DNA from: Candidatus Eiseniibacteriota bacterium
Lineage (GTDB): Bacteria > Patescibacteriota > Microgenomatia > Levybacterales > UBA12049
Assembly: GCA_035631115.1 (NCBI GenBank)
Contig: DASQJJ010000006.1
Coordinates: 11,551 to 75,550, forward strand
Direction: 5' to 3'
DNA: 64,000 nucleotides
Positions 1-10,194 of the stretch are shown piece by piece. Every line of letters starts with the position of its first letter. Within the stretch, counting starts at the first letter, position 1. The position numbers and the translations under genes are program-made. Under the pieces are notes generated by a model. That model worked only from the letters and a program-made list of their open reading frames with translations, was not told the origin of the DNA and made no database searches.

Positions 1-95
1 TAGTTTGGCGCAGCTCCAAGATTCCAACCTTTTCATCACTGCTATATATTAGTATAGCAAAGAAAAGCAAGATTTGTCAACTTTGAGATCCTTCA

Positions 96-656
96 CTAAC
101 GTTCAGGATAATTGCTTAACGCAATTAATTTTGGCAGCATTGCACGGGTTTTTAGCTTTCTTTCTAAAATGCTTTCAATAACAGAAGACATCTGCAGTTG
201 CGCACTTCTTTCGGACCAATACCCAAGCGTTGTAAGAAGAGCAATTTCAAATTCATGGATTCTTTCGGCTACATTGCAGTCTCCGCACAAATCAAATAAG
301 ACACTACTCAGTAAATCAAAAACGTGCCCATTTTCCTGTCCTTCTGGACATAATCCATCTACCAATTCACACAAATGATACGCAAAACCAATCTTTGTTA
401 AGTCTTGTTTTAACTCGCCAAAACTTTCTTTTGTCATTACTTCTGTCAGAATAGGCATGCCCTTACCTTGATACAAGGACAAAATTGAATAGTTAAGAGG
501 CTCTATGTGAGAAGACCTTTTACTGGTAATTTTTCGAACCCCTGCTGCTTTTATAGACATTTTTCCAAATTTTCGGGTAAAAATGGTAAGAATTCTATCT
601 GCCTCTCCACTATTGCGGCGTTTTAAAACAATTCCTTCAACGACAATTCGATTCAT
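96..656 (-). CDS. recO: DNA repair protein RecO
   Basis: 186 aa; N-terminal OB-fold signature MNRIVVEGIVLKRRNSGEADRILTIFTRKFGKMSIKAAG followed by Cys-rich region (CPEG...CGDC) typical of RecO. Confidence 0.8.
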   Translation of the reverse strand: MNRIVVEGIVLKRRNSGEADRILTIFTRKFGKMSIKAAGVRKITSKRSSHIEPLNYSILSLYQGKGMPILTEVMTKESFGELKQDLTKIGFAYHLCELVDGLCPEGQENGHVFDLLSSVLFDLCGDCNVAERIHEFEIALLTTLGYWSERSAQLQMSSVIESILERKLKTRAMLPKLIALSNYPER

Positions 657-662
657 GGGCAG

Positions 663-2624
663 TTATCTTACGGCAAGATTGAGTGTTTTATCGGTATCGA
701 GAGTAAAGGAATCAACTTGTCTGTTTCCCACGTTTACTGTGTAGACGATTCCATCGGTTCCTGGTTGTTTTTGAATTAAGACAGGTAAGTTACTTGAGCT
801 TACCTTGAATGGCAATTCATAGCTTATCGTATATGTTGCTGCCCCTAGTGGGCGTACTGTTACAAATCCTTCAAAGACTGTTTTACCTAATTCGTCGTAT
901 GAGATAACTTTTACCTCCGAGCCAGTACTGCTTACCAGCTTACTTCCTTTTGGTACGTACACTCGTACAACGTCTCGTTGTATTGCATTTAGACAGAGTC
1001 CTCCATGCTCAAGATTACAATCAGATGGGGCGAATGGATTTTTGTAGCTCAGCGTTACTGTTTTGGTTACACTTCCATCGCCTTTTACTTCGTATTTAGT
1101 GTCTACACTTTCTTTAATAAAAAGGTTAGACTTTGCACCGCCAAAATTTGAATCATTTACATGAAGATAATCTCCTGTAAAAGCAACTATTCTCCCTGCA
1201 GCATTTAAGGATTCAAGGCCAGATTGTGCATCTTTATCTACAAGATTAAACATAATATGTTTTTGATTAATCTCATTAATCATTGTCTGGAATAATGGAC
1301 CCCAGTATAACTTTGGAGAAGAAGCAAATGCTTTTTGCATAATGGCATATAACAAGTCTCCAATAATACCTTTTCTGTTTGATTTAATATATCCAACGGG
1401 CGTATCCGCATATTCTTCCATAGCATAAATAACCTGTGCACACTTGCACTGTGGATCTTCTTTTGTGGTAAAGTGTCCACCATCAACGTCTATATCTCCT
1501 AGAATATTCATTGCGGCAACTAATACGTGCGTATCTAGAGCAATAATACCGCTTACTGGTACATATCCTCCTGCTTTTACGTAAAGCTTATTAAAATCTT
1601 CCATTGATTGCTTAAAGTCAGGAGACATATTCGTATCGCGTAAATTCCATAATGGCTCTTTGGGCAAGTATTTTTGAATAATGCGTGGAGATGCAGGCTT
1701 ATTACCAATGGTTGCGTCTAGATTATATATGTCACTTGACGAATCAACGTGAATAACGCCTTTTTCTAAGCGGAATATAGCGTATGCAGTAATAAATCCA
1801 CCCGTAGGACGCAGTTCTTTATCGTTTTGGAATAACACTAAATATTTTGTCTCTTTTGGCTCGCCAAGAAGTCCTGGCAATACTTTTATAAGAGGCTTTG
1901 CCTCATTAACAAATGTTGTTGCTTCATCAACACCTGTCCGTACTCCTTTTAAGGTATCTTGCACCCTTTGACCTCCTAAAAGTGCTGGGTAGTGACCTGG
2001 ATTAACCTGGTCAATTTCTTTTTGCACAAGATTTAGCTGAGCTCCAATCTCATCTATTTTGGGGGTTACTTTACTCATGGTTGTCACTGCTGTTTGAATT
2101 CTATCTTGTGCCGACCCTCCAACAAAACTATGTGCACCCTTAAGGCCTAATACATCCGCATATGGCTTAATACTATCAACCAAAATCTGTGCCGCCTGGA
2201 GACCATAGACACTTGCATTGGTTAAATGAAGTACATCTGAGTAATAAAAATTCATCAAAGGGACAAAATTGAGATATCCCATATTTTGGACAGATTTTTG
2301 CGTCTTAAGAAGCTCTGGTCTTACCGCTGCCAATTGAGTTGAGGCATCTTCAACATTCTGCTGTTTTAGGGATGCGATAGCAACCTTGGCAACTGCATAA
2401 GTCTTTTTTGCTTGATTGAGCGCTGCAAATCCAGGAATAATAATTCCAAAAAGGACAAATAAAACAACAAATCCGAGTACACCAAGAGCAATATAGGATT
2501 TTCTGCCAAGTTTTAGTCGTTTTTTTGATCTCATGCTAACAAAGTTTGTAGATGTTGTTTTTTTATTCTGAGAAGAAGCTTTCTCCAAATCCATTTTTTC
2601 AAATCCATCCATACGATTAATCAT
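663..2624 (-). CDS. DUF4012-like membrane-anchored protein (N-terminal TM, large extracytoplasmic domain)
   Basis: 653 aa; single N-terminal TM (IALGVLGFVVLFVLFGIIIPGF); motif LVLFQNDKELRPTGGFITAYAIF resembles the conserved 'QN.aElR.tGGfiGsy' core of DUF4012 proteins found beside polysaccharide loci. Confidence 0.55.
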   Translation of the reverse strand: MINRMDGFEKMDLEKASSQNKKTTSTNFVSMRSKKRLKLGRKSYIALGVLGFVVLFVLFGIIIPGFAALNQAKKTYAVAKVAIASLKQQNVEDASTQLAAVRPELLKTQKSVQNMGYLNFVPLMNFYYSDVLHLTNASVYGLQAAQILVDSIKPYADVLGLKGAHSFVGGSAQDRIQTAVTTMSKVTPKIDEIGAQLNLVQKEIDQVNPGHYPALLGGQRVQDTLKGVRTGVDEATTFVNEAKPLIKVLPGLLGEPKETKYLVLFQNDKELRPTGGFITAYAIFRLEKGVIHVDSSSDIYNLDATIGNKPASPRIIQKYLPKEPLWNLRDTNMSPDFKQSMEDFNKLYVKAGGYVPVSGIIALDTHVLVAAMNILGDIDVDGGHFTTKEDPQCKCAQVIYAMEEYADTPVGYIKSNRKGIIGDLLYAIMQKAFASSPKLYWGPLFQTMINEINQKHIMFNLVDKDAQSGLESLNAAGRIVAFTGDYLHVNDSNFGGAKSNLFIKESVDTKYEVKGDGSVTKTVTLSYKNPFAPSDCNLEHGGLCLNAIQRDVVRVYVPKGSKLVSSTGSEVKVISYDELGKTVFEGFVTVRPLGAATYTISYELPFKVSSSNLPVLIQKQPGTDGIVYTVNVGNRQVDSFTLDTDKTLNLAVR

Positions 2625-2652
2625 ACGGAACTTTCACGTTGTTTGTCAAATA

Positions 2653-3318
2653 TTAGAGAGCACCTTTGCCCGAAATCATCGCCCATGGAGTTTGGAGAAT
2701 TATAGCAATATCATACATGATTGATCTTTTATGTACATACTCCGCGTCCATAGCAATCCTTTTATCAAAATTTATTTGCGACCGTCCACTCACTTGCCAG
2801 AATCCTGTAAGGCCAGGCTTTACCGACAACACGACTTTTACTGCATCTTTTGTGCTTGGGTAATTTTTCTGCTGATCTCTGAGCTCGTCTGGGTAATATG
2901 CACGAGGACCAACCAAACTCATATCTCCCATTAAAATATTAACTAGTTGCGGAACCTCGTCTAATGAATATTTTCTAATAATTCTTCCAACAGGGGTAAT
3001 TCGAGGATCGTTTTTTAATTTATAGCTTCCTTTTTTATAATCCTCAAAAAGATTGGCAAATTGAGGATTTTCCCTAAGGATTTCATGTGCATTTCGCACC
3101 ATAGAGCGAAATTTATACATTTTAAAAAGCTTTCCGCTTTTACCCACTCTCTGCGGGGTATCTGCCAAAATAGGTCCAGGAGAGCTTAACCAAATAGCAA
3201 TAATAACAATTATGATAACCGGAGAGAAAATAACAAGCAAGAAAAGGGCAAAAAGAATATCCAATAGTCTTTTTGTTGCTTCGTATAGTTGGCTTTTTTT
3301 CACTTCTTTCACTGGCAT
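2653..3318 (-). CDS. polyprenyl-phosphate sugar phosphotransferase (bacterial sugar transferase, WbaP/WcaJ C-terminal-domain type); initiating enzyme
   Basis: 221 aa; N-terminal TM then KRLLDILFA...PVIIIVIIAIWLSSPGPIL...KLFKMYKFRSM...DEVPQLVNILMGDMSLVGPR, the Bac_transf family signature. Confidence 0.85.
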   Translation of the reverse strand: MPVKEVKKSQLYEATKRLLDILFALFLLVIFSPVIIIVIIAIWLSSPGPILADTPQRVGKSGKLFKMYKFRSMVRNAHEILRENPQFANLFEDYKKGSYKLKNDPRITPVGRIIRKYSLDEVPQLVNILMGDMSLVGPRAYYPDELRDQQKNYPSTKDAVKVVLSVKPGLTGFWQVSGRSQINFDKRIAMDAEYVHKRSIMYDIAIILQTPWAMISGKGAL

Positions 3319-3321
3319 AGA

Positions 3322-4407
3322 TTATGTTAGGTGCTCTAAATCTGTGCCATTTAATTTTTCGACAAATTTCTTAATTTTGGGTACAGAATCCTTTGGACAC
3401 ACGAGGATAACATCTTTTGTATTCACCACAATCATATCTTTTAAATCAATTCCCACCACTAATTGGTGGGTAAAATTGTACATAAGAGTATCTGTACAAT
3501 CTTCGACAGCAACTTCTCCTTTTGTGACATTTTCTGTTTCGGTATCTGACAAGGCTTCTTTAAGCGCTTCCCATGCTCCAATATCACTCCATCCTAAATC
3601 TATAGAAATAACTCTCCCAAAAGAGGGGTCCATCTTTTCCAAAACAGCATTATCGAAGCTTATTTTTTCTATCTTCGGGTACATTTCATGAAGTTTTGCT
3701 TCGTATGCGTCTGTGCCATATGCTAATTGGATTTCTTGAAGATCTTTAAAGAGCTCTGGAGAAAACTGCTTAAAAAGCTTCCACAAAAATCGTGGAGTAG
3801 TAACAAAATATCCTAAATTCCATCCATGCTTTCCATCTTTTACCCATTTTTCTGCCGTTGACAAATGTGGTCTGTACATAAAGCTTTTAAATGCATGTAA
3901 AGGAAAGTCCCCTTCTGCCTCTGTTGCATCTTCGAATTCAATATAGCCAAGATTTTGATTGGGAAAACGAGGCTTTTGGGCAACAAAAACTATTTTTTCG
4001 GGATTTTTTTTCACGTATTTTTCTGCAGCGCGTAAAACGTCTCTAAATAATGCCTCTTCCCGTACCAAATGGTCACTTCCCCATAAGAGTGCAATCGGCT
4101 CGTCTGGATTGGTTTTTTCAAAAAGGGAGGTTACTAGACCTACTGCTGGACCCACATCTCTCATCTCTGGCTCAACAAGTACGTGGTCTTTTGGTAATTC
4201 AGGCAACTGAAGACTTACATGATCTGCGTAATGCGCTCCTGTAGAAATATAAATATCATTCCATCCGTAGGTTGGAAAAAGCTTACCTACAGTAATCTGA
4301 AGCATTGTCTTGTCCCCTATTATTTTTTCAAATTGCTTCGGAGCATTTTTTCTAGAGAGTGGCCATAGCCTACTTCCAACTCCTCCTGCAAACATAACAA
4401 TCTTCAT
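3322..4407 (-). CDS. manC: mannose-1-phosphate guanylyltransferase (GDP-mannose pyrophosphorylase)
   Basis: 361 aa; MKIVMFAGGVGSRLWPLSRKNAPKQF nucleotidyltransferase loop and overall length/organisation of ManC/GMP family. Confidence 0.8.
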   Translation of the reverse strand: MKIVMFAGGVGSRLWPLSRKNAPKQFEKIIGDKTMLQITVGKLFPTYGWNDIYISTGAHYADHVSLQLPELPKDHVLVEPEMRDVGPAVGLVTSLFEKTNPDEPIALLWGSDHLVREEALFRDVLRAAEKYVKKNPEKIVFVAQKPRFPNQNLGYIEFEDATEAEGDFPLHAFKSFMYRPHLSTAEKWVKDGKHGWNLGYFVTTPRFLWKLFKQFSPELFKDLQEIQLAYGTDAYEAKLHEMYPKIEKISFDNAVLEKMDPSFGRVISIDLGWSDIGAWEALKEALSDTETENVTKGEVAVEDCTDTLMYNFTHQLVVGIDLKDMIVVNTKDVILVCPKDSVPKIKKFVEKLNGTDLEHLT

Positions 4408-5543
4408 AAATTTTTTAGCACTTGTTTTACTTGCTTTTGTACATTCTTTCGAAACTCTTTTTCGGTAAATCTTAGGGCTTCTTTTTTACAAGTATGACTA
4501 TTATACCGGCTCGCGCGAAACCTTTTCAATACCCCAACAAGACTGTCCACTGTTTGCCTGTCAAAAAATATTCCTGTTTTACCTTCTCTGATTATTTCTA
4601 CTGCTCCTCCTGCTTTGTAAGCAATAACTGGCTTACCAAAAGAAAGCGCTTCTACCATAGTAAGTCCAAAATCCTCTTTTCCAGGAAAAATAAGCGCTTT
4701 ACAATTGGCATAATATAAAGCAAGCTGTTGGTCGCTTACTTTCCCAGTAAAATGAACAGTCGGACCAGCAAACTCCTTAAGATACCGACTATCTCCATCT
4801 CCTACAATAACTAACGACGCATTTAATTTTGTAGCAGCCTTCACAGCTAAATCAATTCTCTTATAGCTCGTAAAAGGAGAGAGACGCGAGACAACCAAAA
4901 AATATCCCTTTTCAAAAAGTCTCGTCTTTGTAGCTTTTGGAATACGAGGAATTGATGGATATACAACAACAGATTCTTGACCATAGTATTTTTTTATTCT
5001 CCTGCTGACTTCTTTTGAAATCGCAATGTAGCTGTTGGGAAAAGAAGCAATATATCTATCCCATTTTCTTAATATCCAAATAAGCGGATATGTAAGAAAG
5101 CGAAAATCTGTATTGGAAAAGTATTCATTGTATCCACTCCATAAATACCTTGTCGGAGTAAGACAAATACATATATGCACTGTGTCCTTGGGAAGAAGAA
5201 TACCTTTTGCAAATTCACTTGTTACAGAAATAACCAGGTCGTACTTTTTAAAGGAAAATGATGCAAAGGCAAATGGCATAAGGAAGGGAAAAAGCTCGTG
5301 ATGAGATTTTATAAAAGGGATACGTTGCAAAAAAGATGTACGGACACGAAATGTCTTTGCCCACTGTGCTTTTTTCTTGTCATACACCGATGTGTATAAA
5401 GGAGCATTCGGAAAGATTTTGTGAAGGGATAATAATACCCTCTCAGCTCCTCCCCATTTATTAACACGATCATAGACTATTGCAACTTTCATAAAAGTGT
5501 ATATGCGGGCAGTATTACCAACTAGGCAGAGGTAGAAAAACAA
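4404..5543 (-). CDS. glycosyltransferase family 4 (GT-B)
   Basis: C-terminal EGFGLTMVEALSFGKPVIAYKAGGAVEII motif; likely true start at internal Met (MKVAIVYDRV, ~5492) because the annotated N-terminus overlaps the upstream gene. Confidence 0.8.
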   Translation of the reverse strand: MFFYLCLVGNTARIYTFMKVAIVYDRVNKWGGAERVLLSLHKIFPNAPLYTSVYDKKKAQWAKTFRVRTSFLQRIPFIKSHHELFPFLMPFAFASFSFKKYDLVISVTSEFAKGILLPKDTVHICICLTPTRYLWSGYNEYFSNTDFRFLTYPLIWILRKWDRYIASFPNSYIAISKEVSRRIKKYYGQESVVVYPSIPRIPKATKTRLFEKGYFLVVSRLSPFTSYKRIDLAVKAATKLNASLVIVGDGDSRYLKEFAGPTVHFTGKVSDQQLALYYANCKALIFPGKEDFGLTMVEALSFGKPVIAYKAGGAVEIIREGKTGIFFDRQTVDSLVGVLKRFRASRYNSHTCKKEALRFTEKEFRKNVQKQVKQVLKNL

Positions 5544-6658
5544 CTTTCATATAAAGAATATGTTAGTTGTGCCATTTTTTTCCATGAGAATGTCTTTGCT
5601 CTTTTTACTCCTGCCTCTTTTTTCTGATTAATATGCGTAACTTCATGGTTATACGCTATCATAAGTGTTTTGGCAATATTTTCTTTATTGTATGGGTCAA
5701 AATATACTGCCGATTCTCCACACACCTCCAAAAAGGAAGGAATTTCAGAGCAGAGGACAAGACATTTGTGATGCATCGCCTCAAGTGCTGGCAACCCAAA
5801 ACCCTCCATAAGAGATGGTGCAACCAGGGCTATCGCATGATGGTACATATAAGAAAGCTGCGAGTCTGTTGTGTGTTTGTAAAAAAGAATATTGGAAAAT
5901 TGTCGTTGTTGTATTTCTTTTTCTAATTTCTTAGAAAAATAGTCTTCTTTCCCAACCAAAATAAGATGGACTTCTGCGTGTGTTTTTTGCACTGCGGCAA
6001 AGGCTTCTATAAGTCTTAAAACATTCTTGTGCGGATAGACATTCCCAACATACAGAAAATATTTTTCTGGCACATCAATTTTTTCTTGTGTTTCAAATTT
6101 TTGGTCTATTCCTTCTGGTGTTATCGATACCTTTTCAGGTTGTGGGTGATAATGATCTATTATTTCCTGCTTGGTTGCACCACTAACAGCAATTATTTTT
6201 TGAGAATGGGCAATAGCATTTTTTAAGACAAATTTATATCCCACTTGCTTAAGGAAATATAACGGCGCAAATAATGTTGAAGCTTTCCCTGTTGAAAAAT
6301 GATCGATTATTAAATCGTGAATAGTAATAACAAATTTTCCTTTATACGAGATTGGGTATGAAAAATAAGGAAAATGAACAAGGTCTAATTTTTGCTCTTC
6401 AAGTATCTTTTTAAATTCTTTTTGCTCGTCAAATGTATGCCAGCGAATATCTGCCAAAACTTTTCTAAAATTCTCCCCAGGAAGCGGGACAGACTCATAT
6501 TCTTCCTTACGGAAAAATAATATATACTCATTTTTGGTGTCTATTTCTGAAAGTTGAAGTACTAAATTACGAATATATCGTCCGACCCCTGTCTCGTACC
6601 ACAACCGACAATCAATTCCAATTTTCATATTATTTTGTATTTTTTTTGTGTAATGCAT
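5522..6658 (-). CDS. glycosyltransferase family 4 (GT-B)
   Basis: MKIGIDCRLW N-terminus (probable true start ~6628), C-terminal EGFGLPALEAMHHKCLVLCSEIPSFLEV. Confidence 0.8.
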   Translation of the reverse strand: MHYTKKIQNNMKIGIDCRLWYETGVGRYIRNLVLQLSEIDTKNEYILFFRKEEYESVPLPGENFRKVLADIRWHTFDEQKEFKKILEEQKLDLVHFPYFSYPISYKGKFVITIHDLIIDHFSTGKASTLFAPLYFLKQVGYKFVLKNAIAHSQKIIAVSGATKQEIIDHYHPQPEKVSITPEGIDQKFETQEKIDVPEKYFLYVGNVYPHKNVLRLIEAFAAVQKTHAEVHLILVGKEDYFSKKLEKEIQQRQFSNILFYKHTTDSQLSYMYHHAIALVAPSLMEGFGLPALEAMHHKCLVLCSEIPSFLEVCGESAVYFDPYNKENIAKTLMIAYNHEVTHINQKKEAGVKRAKTFSWKKMAQLTYSLYESCFSTSA

Positions 6659-7562
6659 CTATTCCCTTCATCACTAACCAGGAAAGTATTGGGTGATGAG
6701 ATGAATAGTTTTTCTTGTAAAAAATTCTCATTGCGTCAAAGCGCCAGCCTTGTACCTTTTTACGAATGTCATTATTGGCTGTTGTAATATTTTGCGAGTG
6801 TTTTTTTATACCACTAGATACACCACCTAAATGTAAAATTTTTACATCAGGTACATAATATATTTTGTATCCTTCTTGCCACACGTCATAACAAAATTGT
6901 AAATCTTCCCCATAGAAAAAATAATCCTCATCCCACCATCCAATTTTCTCTCCAACATCTCGTCTTGTAAGCAAAAATGCTCCAACACCTGCAGGAATTG
7001 TGTGAATTCTTGCTAGGTCTTCCCATCCTCTGGTGTACCCTGCAAAGACCCGAGAATGAGGGAATAATTTTTCTAGGCCCGAAAAATGAGTAAATGCATT
7101 CCAGGGCGTAGGAAAGCCTCTATGCGACGCCTCATCTATTGCACCACTAGGAATTTCCACTCGACACGTACTTACTCCTGCATCTGGTGTATTGTCCATA
7201 AATTCAATCATTCGAGTGAGGGTTTTGGGATACACAATCGTATCAGGGTTAAGGAATAAAACATACTTTCCTTTTGCATACGGGACACCTTTATTATTTC
7301 CTGCAGCAAATCCAATATTTCCCCCATTATCAACAACATCAAAAAATTTTGTCTTTGTTGTTTTTTGGTATTCTTGAAACATTTGTAGCGATTTATCTGG
7401 AGAAGCATTGTCGGTAAGGATTATTTGGAAGACCCCAGATGCTGTTTCTTTTGGGTAATTAGTTTCAATCGACCTCACCGCCTCAAGAGTAATGAGTTTT
7501 GTATTGTAATTAAGAATAATTATGGACAGATGTGGTGTATTATTTTTTGATTGCTTCATCAT
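6630..7562 (-). CDS. glycosyltransferase family 2 (GT-A)
   Basis: LSIIILNYNTKLITLEAVRSI...ILTDNASPD... DxD-containing GT-A core. Confidence 0.75.
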   Translation of the reverse strand: MMKQSKNNTPHLSIIILNYNTKLITLEAVRSIETNYPKETASGVFQIILTDNASPDKSLQMFQEYQKTTKTKFFDVVDNGGNIGFAAGNNKGVPYAKGKYVLFLNPDTIVYPKTLTRMIEFMDNTPDAGVSTCRVEIPSGAIDEASHRGFPTPWNAFTHFSGLEKLFPHSRVFAGYTRGWEDLARIHTIPAGVGAFLLTRRDVGEKIGWWDEDYFFYGEDLQFCYDVWQEGYKIYYVPDVKILHLGGVSSGIKKHSQNITTANNDIRKKVQGWRFDAMRIFYKKNYSSHHPILSWLVMKGIDALHKKNTK

Positions 7563-8748
7563 ATACCTCCTCTAACTGTTTTGTAATTTTTTCCCATGAA
7601 TATTGCTCTTCAATTAATTGTCTCGCTTGTTTTCTTATTGTATTATATAGTTTTGTATTATCTAAAAGTGCTACAAGAGCACTGCACAGTTCTTGAGAAG
7701 TTTGCCCAATAAGTGCGTGTTTTTTATTTTTCGCGTTAAGTCCCTCTATTCCAAGCTGTGTTGTTACAACAGGAACCCCACTAGACATTGCCTCCAAAAT
7801 TTTATAGCTTGTTCCACCCCCAACTCGAATAGGAGACAACAGAATGTCTGCATGTTTATAAATATCTGATGTTTTGTGAGAAGCGTTTTCATCAAAAATA
7901 ATACTTTGACTCGCGTATTTTTTAATAGTATTTGGTATATGTTTGCCAACAATCAATAATTTTATTCTTCCTCTATTTTTATTTTCTCTTTTTTCTATAA
8001 GTGGCCATATGTCTTTGAGTATCCACAGTGCAGTATTTCTATTTTGAATCCACTTAAAGTCCCCCATAAAAAGAATTGTCTTCTCAACTTTTTTGTTTTT
8101 ACCCTGAGCGAGTGGAGCGAGTCGAACGGGCTTATATGGGAAATCCGAAAGATTAACGCCATTTGGCACGACTTTACTGTCTATCCTCATTTGCTTTGCC
8201 TCAACCTCCGATACACCAACAACCTCTGCTGCATTTTCCCATGCTTTTTTCTCCCAGTATTTTATTTTCTCAACATCAATTTGGAGAAGTGGCTTAAGAA
8301 GAAATGGCGCATTGTCAACAAATCGCTGATACACTGCATACTCTATGTTGTGCTCTACCAAAACAATTGGTACTGTTGTGTCAGGTACATTTTGTGCAAC
8401 ATAAAATGTCTCAATATGAACAACATCAAACACCTCATCTTTTAGAAGCTTTGTGAGTATTGTCTTCATATGTGGCAGTGTATGTCCTGCAAGAAGAAAT
8501 GGCAAAGAAGAAATGGCAGTTTTTACTACCACTTCCGCAGACCATTGTTTTTTTCTATCAACAACAAAAATTTCTTTACAGAATTTTCTTACAGCATCTA
8601 TGTCTTCTTTTGTTTGGTGTGTTCTTTTTTCGCAAACAAGCGTTATTTCGTGTCGCTTGGAAAGCTCTTTAATAAGATTAAATAGCCGAATGTGACCACC
8701 AGAAAAAAGTGGATACGGAAGAAATGACGAGACGATAAGCACTCTCAT
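7540..8748 (-). CDS. glycosyltransferase family 4 (GT-B)
   Basis: MRVLIVSSFLPYPLFSGGHIRLFNL N-domain and C-terminal GGTSYKILEAMSSGVPVVTT motif. Confidence 0.8.
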   Translation of the reverse strand: MRVLIVSSFLPYPLFSGGHIRLFNLIKELSKRHEITLVCEKRTHQTKEDIDAVRKFCKEIFVVDRKKQWSAEVVVKTAISSLPFLLAGHTLPHMKTILTKLLKDEVFDVVHIETFYVAQNVPDTTVPIVLVEHNIEYAVYQRFVDNAPFLLKPLLQIDVEKIKYWEKKAWENAAEVVGVSEVEAKQMRIDSKVVPNGVNLSDFPYKPVRLAPLAQGKNKKVEKTILFMGDFKWIQNRNTALWILKDIWPLIEKRENKNRGRIKLLIVGKHIPNTIKKYASQSIIFDENASHKTSDIYKHADILLSPIRVGGGTSYKILEAMSSGVPVVTTQLGIEGLNAKNKKHALIGQTSQELCSALVALLDNTKLYNTIRKQARQLIEEQYSWEKITKQLEEVYDEAIKK

Positions 8749-10190
8749 TGTTTGTGATGTAAATTTATAATAAGATACTGCGGTGTTACTGCAACAACTT
8801 TATAGTCCTTTCCAAATCCATTCAAATCATTTGGTGTTGGATTTGGAATAACAATATAGTCAGCTCCCATTTTTATCATATCTTCAAGCGGCTTCTCCAA
8901 ACTCGCCCAACCAAAACGATTTGTCTGATAGAGAAGTGTCGAATCACCATTATAAAAAGTGAGGATTTTTGCATTCTTAGGTGTTACTCTATCGACTGCT
9001 TTCCCGGCAACAACAATATTTGGATTATTAATATTAAAGAAATCTCTCACAGAATACCACCCAAAGGCAATAGAAAATAAGCAGCAAACACAGAGAAGTA
9101 CCCATCCAGCATATGTATTGACTACCTCCTTTGAGGACACAAAAAGAAACTCGCTACCAAGCCCCAAAAGTATTACAACACTTGGCATTATGACCAATTG
9201 ATAGTAGTCATGCTGAACATTTCCTCTCGCAATAACGGTAAGGTATACTAAGCTTGATACGAAAAAAGATAAGAAAAATCCAATATGCTTTTTCTTTGCA
9301 ATAATCCCGATAACCAATAATGCTACTCCCCAATACCCTAAGATAAGCCTTCCCATTCTCTCAGCGAATAACCAGTAAAAAAACGATCCTGTAAAACGAA
9401 TGTTACCTCCATTAAAAAGCCAATCATTTGCAGGAATTCCTTCTGGATACTGAAGCATCCACAATCTCCATGCGACAAAAGGCGTTATAGCGAGAATCAA
9501 ATAAGCATATATTTGCCATTTGAGAAAAAATGCAAAGCCAAATTTTTTCCAAAGAAGATACAAAAATGGTAAGGCATAAAAAAGCGCATATGGCATAATA
9601 AGAATAGATGCTGTAATAAGAAAAAGCGAAATACAAAAAAATAGATACTTCTTACCAGTCGATTGCACATCTAGGAAGAGGTCAAAAAAATAGACACTTC
9701 CTAGTAGTGTTGCCAGCATTGAAGATGCTGGGAGTATTGTTCGGGAATAGTAAATAACAAATGGTAAGAAGGCGTAAAAAAAGACTGCAAAGTATCCAGA
9801 TGTTTTGCTTGCATATTTTTTACAAAGAAGGTAGATAAAAATCATTACAAAAAGAGAGGAGAAAATTGTAACAAGTCGTCCCCATTCCTCAAGAGTAAAA
9901 TGACCAAGTAATACATACAATCCTGCCTGAGCAGTATTGTAGAGTGGGAATTCTGCAAAGAAATATCCTTTTGGATTTTCATATTTTCCATCGGTTTGGA
10001 CATTGGAAATATTGTCAATTCGCGGATGCAGCAAATCAAATCCATATTTAACAAAATTTCGCGATACTGAAGACGTATCTGCTTGTCTCCAAGAATGCCA
10101 GTCTGCAATGGGACCAGAAAATCGATAGAGTCGTACCGTAAAAGCCCCAATAAGAAGAAGCGTTAGAAGAATAATTTCCAATTTTTTCAT
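8745..10190 (-). CDS. GT-C fold membrane glycosyltransferase (PMT_2/ArnT-like, family 39-like)
   Basis: 481 aa polytopic; N-terminal loop motif DWHSWRQADTSSVSRNFVKYG typical of lipid-carrier-dependent GT-C enzymes; many TM helices; C-terminal soluble tail. Confidence 0.55.
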   Translation of the reverse strand: MKKLEIILLTLLLIGAFTVRLYRFSGPIADWHSWRQADTSSVSRNFVKYGFDLLHPRIDNISNVQTDGKYENPKGYFFAEFPLYNTAQAGLYVLLGHFTLEEWGRLVTIFSSLFVMIFIYLLCKKYASKTSGYFAVFFYAFLPFVIYYSRTILPASSMLATLLGSVYFFDLFLDVQSTGKKYLFFCISLFLITASILIMPYALFYALPFLYLLWKKFGFAFFLKWQIYAYLILAITPFVAWRLWMLQYPEGIPANDWLFNGGNIRFTGSFFYWLFAERMGRLILGYWGVALLVIGIIAKKKHIGFFLSFFVSSLVYLTVIARGNVQHDYYQLVIMPSVVILLGLGSEFLFVSSKEVVNTYAGWVLLCVCCLFSIAFGWYSVRDFFNINNPNIVVAGKAVDRVTPKNAKILTFYNGDSTLLYQTNRFGWASLEKPLEDMIKMGADYIVIPNPTPNDLNGFGKDYKVVAVTPQYLIINLHHKQ

Positions 10191-10194
10191 TACT

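Noticed and set aside
1-95. Checked the 95-bp leader downstream of recO for a tRNA or other structured RNA
   Set aside because: No cloverleaf-compatible pairing, no conserved T-loop (GTTC) or anticodon-stem features seen by eye; too short and AT-rich; left unannotated.
112-378. Many short plus-strand ORFs (60-160 aa) lying antisense within the long minus-strand genes (e.g. 112..378, 2666..2934, 3212..3691, 8044..8445, 17717..18199, 42096..42575, 50989..51333)
   Set aside because: They are fully embedded opposite well-supported CDSs with recognisable enzyme motifs. They have no recognisable motifs of their own. They are the expected product of stop-codon-poor antisense frames in AT-rich DNA.
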